In this document: positions 37,888 through 46,928 of the stretch, piece by piece
Numbering within the stretch: the first letter of the stretch is position 1
How the letters are laid out: each line of letters starts with the position of its first letter
Source: Candidatus Nealsonbacteria bacterium
GTDB taxonomy: Bacteria; Patescibacteriota; Minisyncoccia; Minisyncoccales; JANBVM01
Assembly: GCA_047456295.1 (NCBI GenBank)
Contig: CP179887.1
Coordinates: 303,159-367,158, forward strand
Length of the DNA stretch: 64,000 nt
Direction: 5' to 3'
Notes under the pieces: model-generated
Databases searched by the model: none
Seen by the model: the letters and a program-made list of their open reading frames with translations, nothing else
What the model was told of the DNA's origin: nothing
Translations under genes and position numbers: made by a program

Positions 37888-39607
37888 TTTTGGTTCTTGT
37901 CATCAAACCGACAAAACCTGTTCCCCCTTCTAATTCCAAAGGAGCCAAAATTTCATCAGCATATTTTTCTTGAAAACGAACAACTGCAGTTCTGGTCAAA
38001 GAAAGAAAATTTCCAGTTACCAAGCCCTCGGGATAAATCTCTAGACCTTGAGATTTTAAAAACTGCTGAAGGCAGTAGACCCTATCATCGTTTCTTAAAC
38101 CGTAGAAAAGATTCTCTTCAAATTTTTGACAAGAAACAGGGGCTAATTCCTCTTCATCTGCAGCTATAATTTGGGCAAGTTGAGCTTTAAGTCTGTTAAG
38201 TAATTCTTCAATTTCAGAAATTTTAGCCAAAAGCTCTTGCTTTGACATCTCCAAAATTGGTTTTTCCAAATTAGGGTTTTCTTTCTCTTCAACGACTATA
38301 GTCGAGGCTTCCCAGAAAAACGGAAAAGCCTGTTCAGAATCTGAAAACCCCGAAGTCTTACTTTGAATTGAAGGAATAATGGTTACAGAACTAACTTCTG
38401 TTCCAAATTCAGGAACTAAAACTTCCCCTCTTTGATATTCATCAAGTTGGAAAAAGTCAAGTAAGTGTTCACCCCAAAAATCTCGAACAATATAAGGGGC
38501 TTTAAATAAATTTCCTGGATTACCAATAAACTCAATCTTTAAAGTCCCTTTGCCGCCAATAAATTTAAACCAGTTACCCGACCAATTTTTAGTACTTTGA
38601 CTAACTCCTAAAGTGCTCTTACCTTTAAGTGGCAAGAAATTAATTGAAGGGGTAACCCTTAAATTTTTTAAGCTTTCATTTTTATAACAATACTTTTCTC
38701 CTAAAGAGCAGTCATTAGCCAAAACTGCAATAGTCCAATCAGTGAAAATTTGAGAGAAATCAGTATCTGAGTCATTTTTTTCTAAAGATTCATTTAAGCT
38801 TTTAATCCCCACTTTTTCTGATTTTAAGGAATCAGCTAAAACTTCTACTCCATACTGCTCAACCAAATACTGAATAAAAAGATTTAGCGCTCCGTAATCT
38901 GCGGGCTTGTTCTGCCATTCAGTGATAGAATCAGAAGGATTGGAAATAAAAGATTGAACTCTTTTTTGAAGATTGCTTCCCTCATATTCATCATCATAAC
39001 CTAGTAGCGTTGGTGCGTATTCAGCCCGAGCTTCGTTTAACCAGACCTCCTCTTCTACTCCGTAATTTTTCTCTTTTTGATTAAAGGTAATCAAATGAAC
39101 AAATTCGTGAGCTAAGAAACTTTTAGCTAAAGTATCTGTAATGTAATCAGCATTTAGATAAAGCATTTCTCTTTCATTTGACTCTGGATTCTGTATCCTT
39201 GGGTACTCATCCCCATTATTAAAATATCCACGAGCTCCTTCTATCATTGGATGAATTAAAATCGTAATATACGAAGTTTTATCAATCCCCGGCTTCCATT
39301 CTGAGCCAAAAGTCGAAGTTAAAGTTGGATAAATTTTATAATAAAATTCGTAATCCAAGGTTTGAAGGGCTTGTTTTACCTTTTGCTTTTCTTGATAACC
39401 TAAAACTTCCCACCATTGCTCATCAATATAAAAATATATTCTTTTACCTACTCTCTGCAAAGTAGCTGAGGCTTTTTCTCTTCCGGATAAATCATAAGTA
39501 GAGTTAATGAAAAAATTAGTTCTTTCTCCCAAAGAAATAGCCGAAACAAAAACCGGTAAAGAAAGAAAAATTATCCCAAGAAAAATTATCTTAAAACTTT
39601 TTGTCAT
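37865..39607 (-). CDS. Secreted HExxH (zinc-metallopeptidase-like) protein with C-terminal coiled-coil + PG-binding domain
   Basis: Signal/anchor MTKSFKIIFLGIIFLSLPVFVSA (start at 39607; the track start at 39682 adds 25 unlikely aa). HEFVHLI motif. C-terminus CLQQFL...TRTAVVRFQEKYADEIL...GTGFVGLMTRTKINQLL is PG_binding_1-like. Confidence 0.7.
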   Translation of the reverse strand: MTKSFKIIFLGIIFLSLPVFVSAISLGERTNFFINSTYDLSGREKASATLQRVGKRIYFYIDEQWWEVLGYQEKQKVKQALQTLDYEFYYKIYPTLTSTFGSEWKPGIDKTSYITILIHPMIEGARGYFNNGDEYPRIQNPESNEREMLYLNADYITDTLAKSFLAHEFVHLITFNQKEKNYGVEEEVWLNEARAEYAPTLLGYDDEYEGSNLQKRVQSFISNPSDSITEWQNKPADYGALNLFIQYLVEQYGVEVLADSLKSEKVGIKSLNESLEKNDSDTDFSQIFTDWTIAVLANDCSLGEKYCYKNESLKNLRVTPSINFLPLKGKSTLGVSQSTKNWSGNWFKFIGGKGTLKIEFIGNPGNLFKAPYIVRDFWGEHLLDFFQLDEYQRGEVLVPEFGTEVSSVTIIPSIQSKTSGFSDSEQAFPFFWEASTIVVEEKENPNLEKPILEMSKQELLAKISEIEELLNRLKAQLAQIIAADEEELAPVSCQKFEENLFYGLRNDDRVYCLQQFLKSQGLEIYPEGLVTGNFLSLTRTAVVRFQEKYADEILAPLELEGGTGFVGLMTRTKINQLLAQ

Positions 39608-39632
39608 CAATAATATTTTACCAAATTTCTTT

Positions 39633-39665
39633 CCAAAACAAAAGACCCCGTTCCGGAGAACGAGG
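39633..39665 (-). terminator. Intrinsic terminator after the 1162-aa surface protein gene
   Basis: Minus sense: CCTCGTTC-TCCG-GAACGGGG followed by TCTTTTGTTTTGG. Confidence 0.6.
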
Positions 39666-39738
39666 CCCTTTGGTGCCCACAAGGAAAGGCATTTAGGATC
39701 TCACTACCTCACAAAACGTGAGGGTCTGTTTCAGAGAA

Positions 39739-42700
39739 TTAGTTAGACAAAGTACCACCAAATACTTCACTGATAGTTAGCTTACAATCACCGCCATTAG
39801 AGGTTGTGCCATCGCTGTAGTAAAGGTCGGCACTCAAATTATTAATTTCAGTCTGGAGGTAATCACCTTCACCGTCAGTTTCAACGGTAGCAATGATAAC
39901 TATGGTCACCGTGCCGTCAACTTCATTAGCCTCACCATCTAATGTGGTCATATCAATAGTAGTAACACCATCGGAAAGAGCAACTCCATCAGTTTTATTA
40001 GATGAATCACCTTCAATGTAAGCCTGGATACTGGTACTAGTAACAGCTGCAGCACCACCCGTAGTCACCGTTATTGTTGTTGTAGCTAAAACAGCTTTCG
40101 TATCAGTATTTTCAGTATCTCTATTGGCACCGCTATCAATCGTCAGAGTATATTTGCCAATGATTTTACCAACACCACCAGTTAAAGTACCATTTGCCAT
40201 GGCATTCTCAATGTGAGTGATAGCAGCACCTAACACTGTACCTGTTCTACTTACATCAGTAGAAGTAGACCACTCACCAAAAGCTAAGGTACCGTCGACA
40301 TCTACTACCATGGTGATATCTTCTCCAGAATTTACACCTTCAGCTACCACACCTAGCGTAGTGGGGAAACTATACTGAATTGTCTTACCACTTATCGCAG
40401 TAGCGGTAGGATCACCGGCAACATTAATACCGTTTACATCAGCTACAACAAATAAGGAAGTGGCTTCATTGGCAGCAAACTCTAAGTCAAGATTGGTGAA
40501 ATTAACATCTCCGTTTGACGATACTCCTTTGGTTTCAACAACTGTTCCATTTGCCTCAACCAAGGAAACAGAGGCAATGGTGGTATTGGTTGCGTCACCA
40601 CCATCATTGTCTAATCTTAATGTCGTGACTTTAACAGGTTCATCCTTAGTAGTGAAGACTAATTCTCCAAGATATCTACCAGTTGGACCAGAACTACCAG
40701 CAACGATATACATATCTTTATTGGCTTTTACATCGGTGATCTTTAACTCAACCTTCAAATCACCTGCTGTCGCTAGGGTTACCGTTCTTGATTCTGTAGA
40801 TGTACTGATAATGTTTTCAACAATAAGCTCGTTATCAATATCTCTAGAGATTACGTCAGCAGTTGAATCAGTGATACCTAAAGCAAAAGTACCATCTCCA
40901 TTTAAGGAAGAAGCAAAAGTAGCCTTCAAAACTAAGCTAACTGTTTTACCAGCTGAAATGACATTGTTGGTATCTAAAGAAGAGAAGATAATTGAACCCA
41001 TCCCGGAATCAACGTATCCTGCTTCTGCAATCCTGTTAGATCTTGTTTTCATTAAATCCCCATCAAGATAGAGATCTAATTTAGTGATATTAGTGTCAGA
41101 GAACAAGGTTGAACTACTATTACTATCTGTGGAAACCTCGGAAATGGCAACTGTTTTTAGGGTAACCAGAGAAGAATCCCCAGCCTCTAACGTGGCCTGG
41201 TAGATTATTTCATCTACAGCTCCCCCGACAACTGAGACATCAGTCAATGTTACAGTAGTAACATCGAGAGAAGAGATCTCAACAGTTGATATACCAGAGG
41301 TGATTTGACTCGGGAGAATGTCGGCAATTGATTCACCAGAAACATCACCGGTTATGGTGAATGCTCCATCCTCAAGAACGACTTTTAGAGTGTCGGTGTT
41401 GCTAATTGAAGAAGTTAAGTCTAACCTAATCTCAAAGGTTCTAGTTACGCCCTTTACCAAACTAATTTCTTCTGTCATAGACAAGTAACCTTCCGTGTCG
41501 CTCTCCCAAGTTTCGGCAAGGTCGTAAATAGCGCCGGTCTCAACATCCCTCATTTCTATACTACCAGTCGTAATATCAGTTGATGACGCTATTCCTGTAC
41601 CTTGAATTTCAAACTGATGAGTTCCGTTACCAGTAATAGATTCAATGGTTGCATTCTCAGCATTGGAGGTCATTTTTAAGGTGGCTATGACTACGTTCTT
41701 AGTATCGGGCCTGACATCCTGATTTGGAGTACCAGTGATTGACGACTTGTCAAAATCAATGGTGAAATCACCGACAGCTAAAGTAACATTCTGGGCTTCA
41801 CCAGTAATATCTAGATTTGTGGTATCAACAGCGGCTCTAAAACCAGTATTCTTACAAATCATCGTAACGTCTGTCTCGTCTTTTATGTACAATTTAATGG
41901 TGTCTCCAGCTGAGCCGGTGCCTATGTCTCCCCTAACCTCACAAGTAACTGTGTCGCTTTTCTCAATCAAAATATTGGAGATACTAAAGGCAGCATATCT
42001 ATCCTCTAATTCGGTGGTGGCAATTTCCTCTCCATCGCAGATTAGTCTCAAGTTTGAGGCCAAAGAATCATCATTTGTTCCACCGTTTCTGAATCTAATG
42101 GCTGAAAATAGTAAATCTTCAGCTGCTCCAACATCAATATCAAAATCAGCCAGCAGGACATCATCTTCGCCAAAGGGAACGCTTGGCCCCAGGTCAGCTG
42201 CCGCAGTTATTGTAGCTGTCCCAACGGTGGCACCCAAAACATTCATTGGATTACCATTAATTGGGAAAGTGCCATTAACCGCCGAAGCATTAGAGAGAAT
42301 ATCTGAACTATCTGAAATCCCTAAATAAAAGACATGGCCTGCTCCAGCGTAAGCTGCGGTAGCCTTTACCGTTAAAATTTGGAGAACTCCTGCCTCAACA
42401 ACCAGCGGGGTCGGGAAATTAAAGATAGCGCTCCCATCAGAACTAATATTCTTGGTAGAGCTAATCCTTATTCCGTCCTCATCAAAAATCGCCACCGAAT
42501 CTATATTAGTATAGGTACCTATTCCCCCGGCAGTTATCTCAATAGAATTAATGTTTACATCTTCACCAGAAACCAATGTAAATTTAAGAAATTCCACTGA
42601 AGAACCATAGGGAACACCGGTAGAAGCCGGAGTGTCAGCAGCTAAAGAAACAGAAAGGCCTGTTGCGGGAATTACGGGACCAGGAACTACACCAGAAGAG

Positions 42701-43227
42701 AGAATCGCATTCAGTTTAGTTCTGGTTGTTGTACCAACAAAACCAGTACCAGTAGTTAAGCCGTAAGTAGCAAGAATTTCACTGGCGTATTTTTCCTGGA
42801 ATTTAATCACAGCTGCTTTGGTTATAGGACCAAAGTAGTTGGTTTCATTACCAGAAGAACCTACACCGCTTGCAGCTAATTGGGTGTCGGCAGATGAATT
42901 CAAGACGATTTGCAAGCATTTTACATCATCACCCGACATTGCCTGCTGAAGGTTTCTATCAAAGGAAGTGATAGTACAACCAGTAACGGCTGTTCCCTGA
43001 AGTGCAGCTAGTTGAGTCTGTAAGGCATTTATTGAGGCCAATAGGGTAGCTATCTGTGCTTGAAGCTCTTCTACTGTTATAGCAAAAGCAGGTGTTGCAA
43101 TCGAAATCGAAGCCCAAACAGTCAAAACAGTAATAATCGCTATAGTCTTTTTCTTTGTTATTAAATTCATTTTTTTCTTTAAGTTTTTGTTTGTTAATTT
43201 TTTATTTATTTCCATCGCGTCGACCAA
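39739..43227 (-). CDS. Giant cell-surface (S-layer/adhesin-like) protein with N-terminal signal anchor, coiled-coil + PG-binding domain, and ~950 aa of Thr/Ser/Gly/Val/Ala-rich beta-type repeats
   Basis: 1162 aa. TM/signal IAIITVLTVWASISIATPAFA. LQAQIATLLASINALQTQLAALQG. DVKCLQIVL...ITKAAVIKFQEKYASEIL...GTGFVGTTTRTKLNAIL. Visibly more G+C-rich than the flanks because of composition. Confidence 0.8.
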   Translation of the reverse strand: MVDAMEINKKLTNKNLKKKMNLITKKKTIAIITVLTVWASISIATPAFAITVEELQAQIATLLASINALQTQLAALQGTAVTGCTITSFDRNLQQAMSGDDVKCLQIVLNSSADTQLAASGVGSSGNETNYFGPITKAAVIKFQEKYASEILATYGLTTGTGFVGTTTRTKLNAILSSGVVPGPVIPATGLSVSLAADTPASTGVPYGSSVEFLKFTLVSGEDVNINSIEITAGGIGTYTNIDSVAIFDEDGIRISSTKNISSDGSAIFNFPTPLVVEAGVLQILTVKATAAYAGAGHVFYLGISDSSDILSNASAVNGTFPINGNPMNVLGATVGTATITAAADLGPSVPFGEDDVLLADFDIDVGAAEDLLFSAIRFRNGGTNDDSLASNLRLICDGEEIATTELEDRYAAFSISNILIEKSDTVTCEVRGDIGTGSAGDTIKLYIKDETDVTMICKNTGFRAAVDTTNLDITGEAQNVTLAVGDFTIDFDKSSITGTPNQDVRPDTKNVVIATLKMTSNAENATIESITGNGTHQFEIQGTGIASSTDITTGSIEMRDVETGAIYDLAETWESDTEGYLSMTEEISLVKGVTRTFEIRLDLTSSISNTDTLKVVLEDGAFTITGDVSGESIADILPSQITSGISTVEISSLDVTTVTLTDVSVVGGAVDEIIYQATLEAGDSSLVTLKTVAISEVSTDSNSSSTLFSDTNITKLDLYLDGDLMKTRSNRIAEAGYVDSGMGSIIFSSLDTNNVISAGKTVSLVLKATFASSLNGDGTFALGITDSTADVISRDIDNELIVENIISTSTESRTVTLATAGDLKVELKITDVKANKDMYIVAGSSGPTGRYLGELVFTTKDEPVKVTTLRLDNDGGDATNTTIASVSLVEANGTVVETKGVSSNGDVNFTNLDLEFAANEATSLFVVADVNGINVAGDPTATAISGKTIQYSFPTTLGVVAEGVNSGEDITMVVDVDGTLAFGEWSTSTDVSRTGTVLGAAITHIENAMANGTLTGGVGKIIGKYTLTIDSGANRDTENTDTKAVLATTTITVTTGGAAAVTSTSIQAYIEGDSSNKTDGVALSDGVTTIDMTTLDGEANEVDGTVTIVIIATVETDGEGDYLQTEINNLSADLYYSDGTTSNGGDCKLTISEVFGGTLSN

Positions 43228-43408
43228 TTTACCCTGTTAGACATTAGATAGTAGAAATATCACAAGCTCAAATAATTGAGCTCTATCTAACCAAGGTTGC
43301 TCGCGACCTTACGTATTAGCCACGAGTGCGACTTTTAATTTTCTAATTTTAAATTTTAGCAAATTGTAAAGAAAATACCTGTTGGAAAAGTATCAATTCT
43401 CTCCATAT

Positions 43409-44155
43409 TTATTGACTTAACAAAATCCTCTCTAGAGCCTCAGAATAATTTCCATTTTCAAAATCTTGTTTTGCTTGTTCTAAAATCTCCTCACCTTCTT
43501 CAGTGAAAGTGGTCTTTTCCATGTCTTTAATCAGCAATTCCGCCACTACTTTAACAGGATTTAATTTTTCATCAATTTCCAATCCTGCTATTCCATATAA
43601 CGTCCCTAATATTTCCTTGTTTTTATCTAATTTTTGGGTTTCTTCAGCTATCCCTTTTATTACCAACGAATCAGAGGTAGTAGCTGCCATCTTTGTCAAG
43701 CTTTTAACTGCTTCAAAAACGCTTGCCTGATATTCTTTTAGAGCTGGTGCTAATTTCCTCACTTCATTATTCTGGGCAATCTGGTTTAATTCCTCCAGTC
43801 TCTTGTTGACCAACTCTAAATTCAACCTGGGTCTTTCTTGTTCAGAAGACAAGATTATCTGGCTCCTTTCTGTTATTTTTTTTAAATAATACAATGATTC
43901 ACCAGGCAAAGCACCCTGGGAAAACTCAAAAAAGCCCAACAAAAGTAAAACCAAAAACAAACCAGCATAGGCTGGCCTGAAAAAAGGAAATAACACTGCT
44001 CTTTTTTCCTCTCCTAAAATCTGGGTTTTAGTCAGCAAAACCCAGTCTTTTCTGGGTTTAATCTTTCTTAATTCTTTTATTTGTTTGATTAGTTTGGTTT
44101 CAGTCATAAAACAGCCCTTTTTTAGGCTTATCTTTATATATGACGAGTGAGACAA
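43409..44155 (-). CDS. Single-pass membrane protein, putative anti-sigma factor (DUF5667-like ectodomain)
   Basis: 248 aa. TM FFRPAYAGLFLVLLLLGFF, followed by LYYLKKITERSQIIL. Lies immediately downstream of the ECF sigma gene (8-nt gap). A start at 44107 (MTETK) is also possible. Confidence 0.55.
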   Translation of the reverse strand: MSHSSYIKISLKKGCFMTETKLIKQIKELRKIKPRKDWVLLTKTQILGEEKRAVLFPFFRPAYAGLFLVLLLLGFFEFSQGALPGESLYYLKKITERSQIILSSEQERPRLNLELVNKRLEELNQIAQNNEVRKLAPALKEYQASVFEAVKSLTKMAATTSDSLVIKGIAEETQKLDKNKEILGTLYGIAGLEIDEKLNPVKVVAELLIKDMEKTTFTEEGEEILEQAKQDFENGNYSEALERILLSQ

Positions 44156-44163
44156 GCTTTTTA

Positions 44164-44679
44164 TTACACCTCTTTTATTTTGCTTTTTAGGGCTTTTAAA
44201 GCCCGGTGAAGCAGAACACGGGTAGCTTCCTCTGTCCTGCCTAAAAGCTCAGCTGTCTCGGGAATAGATAGGTCATCTAAATAGTGCCAGATAATGACAT
44301 TTTGATAATCTTCCTTTAAATCAGATAGGGTTTTTTTAATATTCTGGATATCTGAATTCAATTCAGCTTGCTTTTCCAAATCATGTCTTGGATCAATAAT
44401 AAGAGGATTATCAACAGAAATAATGTGAATCTTGCCTTTCTGCCTGTAATAATCAATAACTAAATTCCTGGCGGTTTTATATAAAAATGCCTGAATATTT
44501 TCAATTTCCTCACCCTTTTTCTTAAAAACCGCCCAGGTTCTTGAAAAAGCTTCAGAAGTCAAATCTTCTGCTGTTTCTTGAGAATCCACCTTTAACACAA
44601 CAAATCTATAGATTTTATCTATATATTTATCGTAGATTTTACTAAACAGTTCTCGTGGTTTTTGCATAGGAAATTTCAA
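44164..44679 (-). CDS. ECF-type RNA polymerase sigma factor (sigma-70 regions 2 and 4)
   Basis: 171 aa. AEDLTSEAFSRTWAVF and FLYKTARNLVIDYYR are region 2. LSIPETAELLGRTEEATRVLLHRALKALK is region 4. Confidence 0.88.
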   Translation of the reverse strand: MKFPMQKPRELFSKIYDKYIDKIYRFVVLKVDSQETAEDLTSEAFSRTWAVFKKKGEEIENIQAFLYKTARNLVIDYYRQKGKIHIISVDNPLIIDPRHDLEKQAELNSDIQNIKKTLSDLKEDYQNVIIWHYLDDLSIPETAELLGRTEEATRVLLHRALKALKSKIKEV

Positions 44680-44748
44680 AATTTACTCTAAAAAAGGATC
44701 AAAGGGTTAGGACATATGTATTGTATATAGTCTCAAATCTAATCTGTC

Positions 44749-45471
44749 CTACCCTTGTCCTATCATTAAGGCTTGTGTCCTATCTTTAATTGTGTAAAAA
44801 GTGTTATTCTTCTCCCCCATCCTCTCAACCAAACCTTGTTTTAACAAATCTCTAAAATCTCTCCTCAGGGTTCTTTTGCTCACATCTGAGAGAATCTCCT
44901 TTATCTCCCAGACCTGCCCCCTTCCTTTTTCTTCTAAGAGCTTTAATATCTTTTTCTGCCGCTCAGAAACTACTAGTTTTTCCTGTTTTTTAAAACCTGA
45001 AACTGGTGCAGATTCATGCTCTGTTTTTTTATCTTGCTTCTCTGGTTTTCTATCCTTTTCTTTTCTCTCAATTTTTATCAAATCTTCTTTTATTTTACTA
45101 TACTCTTCTTGAAGGCTCAATAAATCAAAAGGTTTCACCCAGTTTTGGGCTTTTGCCACATTTAAAAAACCGTCAAGAATATCAATTATTTTAGCAGAAT
45201 TTCTGACAAGTGTAAATTTGGTCTGATAATGGGTTTCTTGAGAAAGAGAAATAAGGTTGGCCAAAACCTCATCAGACAACTCCCTCATTTTATATCTTAA
45301 GGGTTCTTTTTTAGGGAAAAGTAAGGTCAATCGATAGAGGTTATTTGTAACTTGAATCAGATAATTTTTATCCAAATTATTTTCATCCATAATTAGCTGT
45401 AAGAAAACTATACCAAAAATATAAAAAGGGGTCAAAGCTTTTGCTGCCGTAGAACACATAGAGTTTTCCAC
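44749..45471 (-). CDS. Transcriptional regulator with C-terminal DeoR-type wHTH
   Basis: 240 aa. RQKKILKLLEEKGRGQVWEIKEILSDVSKRTLRRDFRDLLKQGLVERMG. The N-terminal helical domain resembles four-helix-bundle proteins. The start is more likely at the internal Met (45390). Confidence 0.65.
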   Translation of the reverse strand: MENSMCSTAAKALTPFYIFGIVFLQLIMDENNLDKNYLIQVTNNLYRLTLLFPKKEPLRYKMRELSDEVLANLISLSQETHYQTKFTLVRNSAKIIDILDGFLNVAKAQNWVKPFDLLSLQEEYSKIKEDLIKIERKEKDRKPEKQDKKTEHESAPVSGFKKQEKLVVSERQKKILKLLEEKGRGQVWEIKEILSDVSKRTLRRDFRDLLKQGLVERMGEKNNTFYTIKDRTQALMIGQG

Positions 45472-45499
45472 AGTTTTAAAGTTGTTGTGTTTTCAATCA

Positions 45500-45523
45500 T
45501 TGGACAGGCTTAGCCTGTCCAAA
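45500..45523. repeat. 24-nt palindromic element TTGGACAGGCTTAGCCTGTCCAAA (copy 1, intergenic)
   Basis: 11-bp arms around a single central base. An exact reverse-complement copy lies at 48704-48728. Confidence 0.9.
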
Positions 45524-45556
45524 CTCAAACTATCGAGAACGTTCTGATATTTTAAG

Positions 45557-45609
45557 TTGAGTTTTCCACAATTGCATTTTGTTTTAAGTATCGTAAAATT
45601 AAAAAAATG
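45557..45609 (+). repeat. Degenerate duplicate of the promoter/leader of the 46987 gene
   Basis: GAGTTTTCCACAATTGCATTTTGTTTT..GTAAAATTAAAAAAATG aligns with 46929-46989, including an identical 17-mer GTAAAATTAAAAAAATG. Here the ATG opens only an 8-codon ORF. Confidence 0.6.
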
Positions 45610-45626
45610 GTGCTTATCGCACCATT
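45598..45626 (-). terminator. Intrinsic terminator after the DUF4177-like micro-gene
   Basis: Minus sense: AATGGTGC-gataa-GCACCATT followed by T7. Confidence 0.55.
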
Positions 45627-45657
45627 TTACTAAATAGCTAACTTTTTCTCTTTCTGG

Positions 45658-45822
45658 TTAGTTTTTCTTTCTTTTGAAATATGAGTAATGACCATCAATA
45701 CATCCTGCGCTTCCGTACGGACTAACGGCTACCAATTCCCATCCTTTAAATCCAAGCGCATTCATCTTTTCTTCGGTTGAATCCCTTACTATTTTATACT
45801 CAAACTGCTCGCCATCTGGCAC
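45658..45822 (-). CDS. DUF4177-like small protein (54 aa)
   Basis: Hand translation. AGGAGG lies 8 nt before GTG at 45822: VPDGEQFEYKIVRDSTEEKMNALGFKGWELVAVSPYGSAGCIDGHYSYFKRKKN*. The YEYK..(x)n..LNxLGxxGWELV pattern recalls DUF4177. Below the ORF-track cut-off. Confidence 0.6.
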   Translation of the reverse strand: MPDGEQFEYKIVRDSTEEKMNALGFKGWELVAVSPYGSAGCIDGHYSYFKRKKN

Positions 45823-46273
45823 GCCTATCGCCTCCTTTTTAATTTACTAATTCTGTCTAAACCATTTTTCAGTTTTTGTCAAAGATTTGTATGAGATGAG
45901 TACATAGGTAACACTTTAGCTGTTTTCTGATAGTAAAAATAGTGTCAACTCTGATTTTTTCGATTTTGTATAAAATAGTTTCAACCCTTTTTTTATACTG
46001 TCTCGTTTTAGCTTAAAAAGCCCTGACCGAGACGTGTTATTTGAAACCCTCAAAACCCTCTAAGTTTCCCCTTAAAACACATGTTCTAGACCGACTACGG
46101 GAGCCGAGTTGTTCAATGCGAACTTGTTTTTAGGAGAGAAAATAGGAAAAAACAGGTTTGACACCACTTTACACAAGTCAATTTGCTATTGACAATACTC
46201 CGTAAAAGAAACAAAATGAAAATGAAACTTATTTTTATTAGTTTTTTAGAAAAGCCTAAAAGGTTTTAAAAAG

Positions 46274-46615
46274 ATGGTTAAAAAGCTTGAAGAATTAATT
46301 AAATATCAGAGCCAACTTCCTGATAAACTTAAGGTTCAAATCACAAAATCTGACGATTGGGGCTATGCAGTTAAGATTTTGAATCTTCCGGGATGTTTCA
46401 CTCAGGTAAAAAATGCAGGAGAATTATTTATTATGGTAAACGATGCTGTTTACACTTATTTTGATATTCCTGAGGGTATTATTTCTTCAATGCCTCGTTA
46501 TTTTCCTATTGAAAGAATAAGAAAAGAGCTACAAAAATGGGAAAAATCTATTCCAACCAACCTCTTAGGAAGGCCTATTGTATTTACTCATTCAGGTGTT
46601 GGTGTTAACTCATAA
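46274..46615 (+). CDS. hicB: HicB-like antitoxin (UPF0150 fold)
   Basis: 113 aa. GYAVKILNLPGCFTQVKNAGELFIMVNDAVYTYFDIPE matches the HicB N-domain pattern (..VPDLPGCxSQGxTxEEAxxNxxEAI..). Confidence 0.6.
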   Translation: MVKKLEELIKYQSQLPDKLKVQITKSDDWGYAVKILNLPGCFTQVKNAGELFIMVNDAVYTYFDIPEGIISSMPRYFPIERIRKELQKWEKSIPTNLLGRPIVFTHSGVGVNS

Positions 46616-46622
46616 GAATTTC

Positions 46623-46874
46623 ATGAGTGATTTTTATATTTCTTGTAAATACAGTAGAATGATTAGGGCTTTAAAAAAATTAGGACTTGATGTCAATAAA
46701 AAGGCTTCAAGACATGCCAAGGCAGAATGTCTTATAAACAAGAAAAAAATCACTATTCCCAGACATCCAAGTAAAGAAATCAATAAGGAAACAGTAAAAA
46801 ATATTTGCGATTTTCTTCTTGTAAAAGAATATCCTGCACAGAAAATACTAGAAGCGTTAGGGATAAAAAAATGA
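46623..46874 (+). CDS. hicA: HicA-like mRNA interferase toxin
   Basis: Read from the internal ATG at 46623: MSDFYISCKYSRMIRALKKLGLDVNKKASRHAKAECLINKKKITIPRHPSKEINKETVKNICDFL. This fits the HicA/YcfA pattern (..LxKLGF...GSHxxx......TIPxHxxKEIxxGTLxxI). Confidence 0.65.
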   Translation: MSDFYISCKYSRMIRALKKLGLDVNKKASRHAKAECLINKKKITIPRHPSKEINKETVKNICDFLLVKEYPAQKILEALGIKK

Positions 46875-46928
46875 TGTGGGTGTGTAAAATTTCTACGACA
46901 ACAATTGAGAAGATTTCCCAATCAAAGA

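Noticed and set aside
39608-39682. N-terminal extension (MWAPKGLVLRNGVFCFGKKFGKILL) of the HExxH protein given by the ORF track.
   Set aside because: The extension overlaps the upstream gene's terminator hairpin. The internal Met at 39607 starts a textbook signal peptide.
40460-42328. Two long plus-strand ORFs (203 aa at 40460-41071 and 197 aa at 41735-42328) antisense to the 1162-aa surface protein gene.
   Set aside because: They lie entirely inside a minus-strand ORF with recognisable signal, coiled-coil and PG-binding features. Their products are low-complexity Ser/Val/Pro/Ala strings. The local composition (G+C-richer, few stop-forming triplets) explains these shadow ORFs.
43228-43408. 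Assigning an ECF-type promoter (AAC-N16/17-CGT) upstream of the surface protein gene.
   Set aside because: A CGTAAG element exists, but no properly spaced AAC-containing -35 box could be found. It is left as an open question rather than a feature.
46634-46921. 95-aa minus-strand ORF overlapping hicA.
   Set aside because: It is antisense to a sequence with a clear HicA-like motif. The product is Cys/Phe/Leu-rich with no signature.
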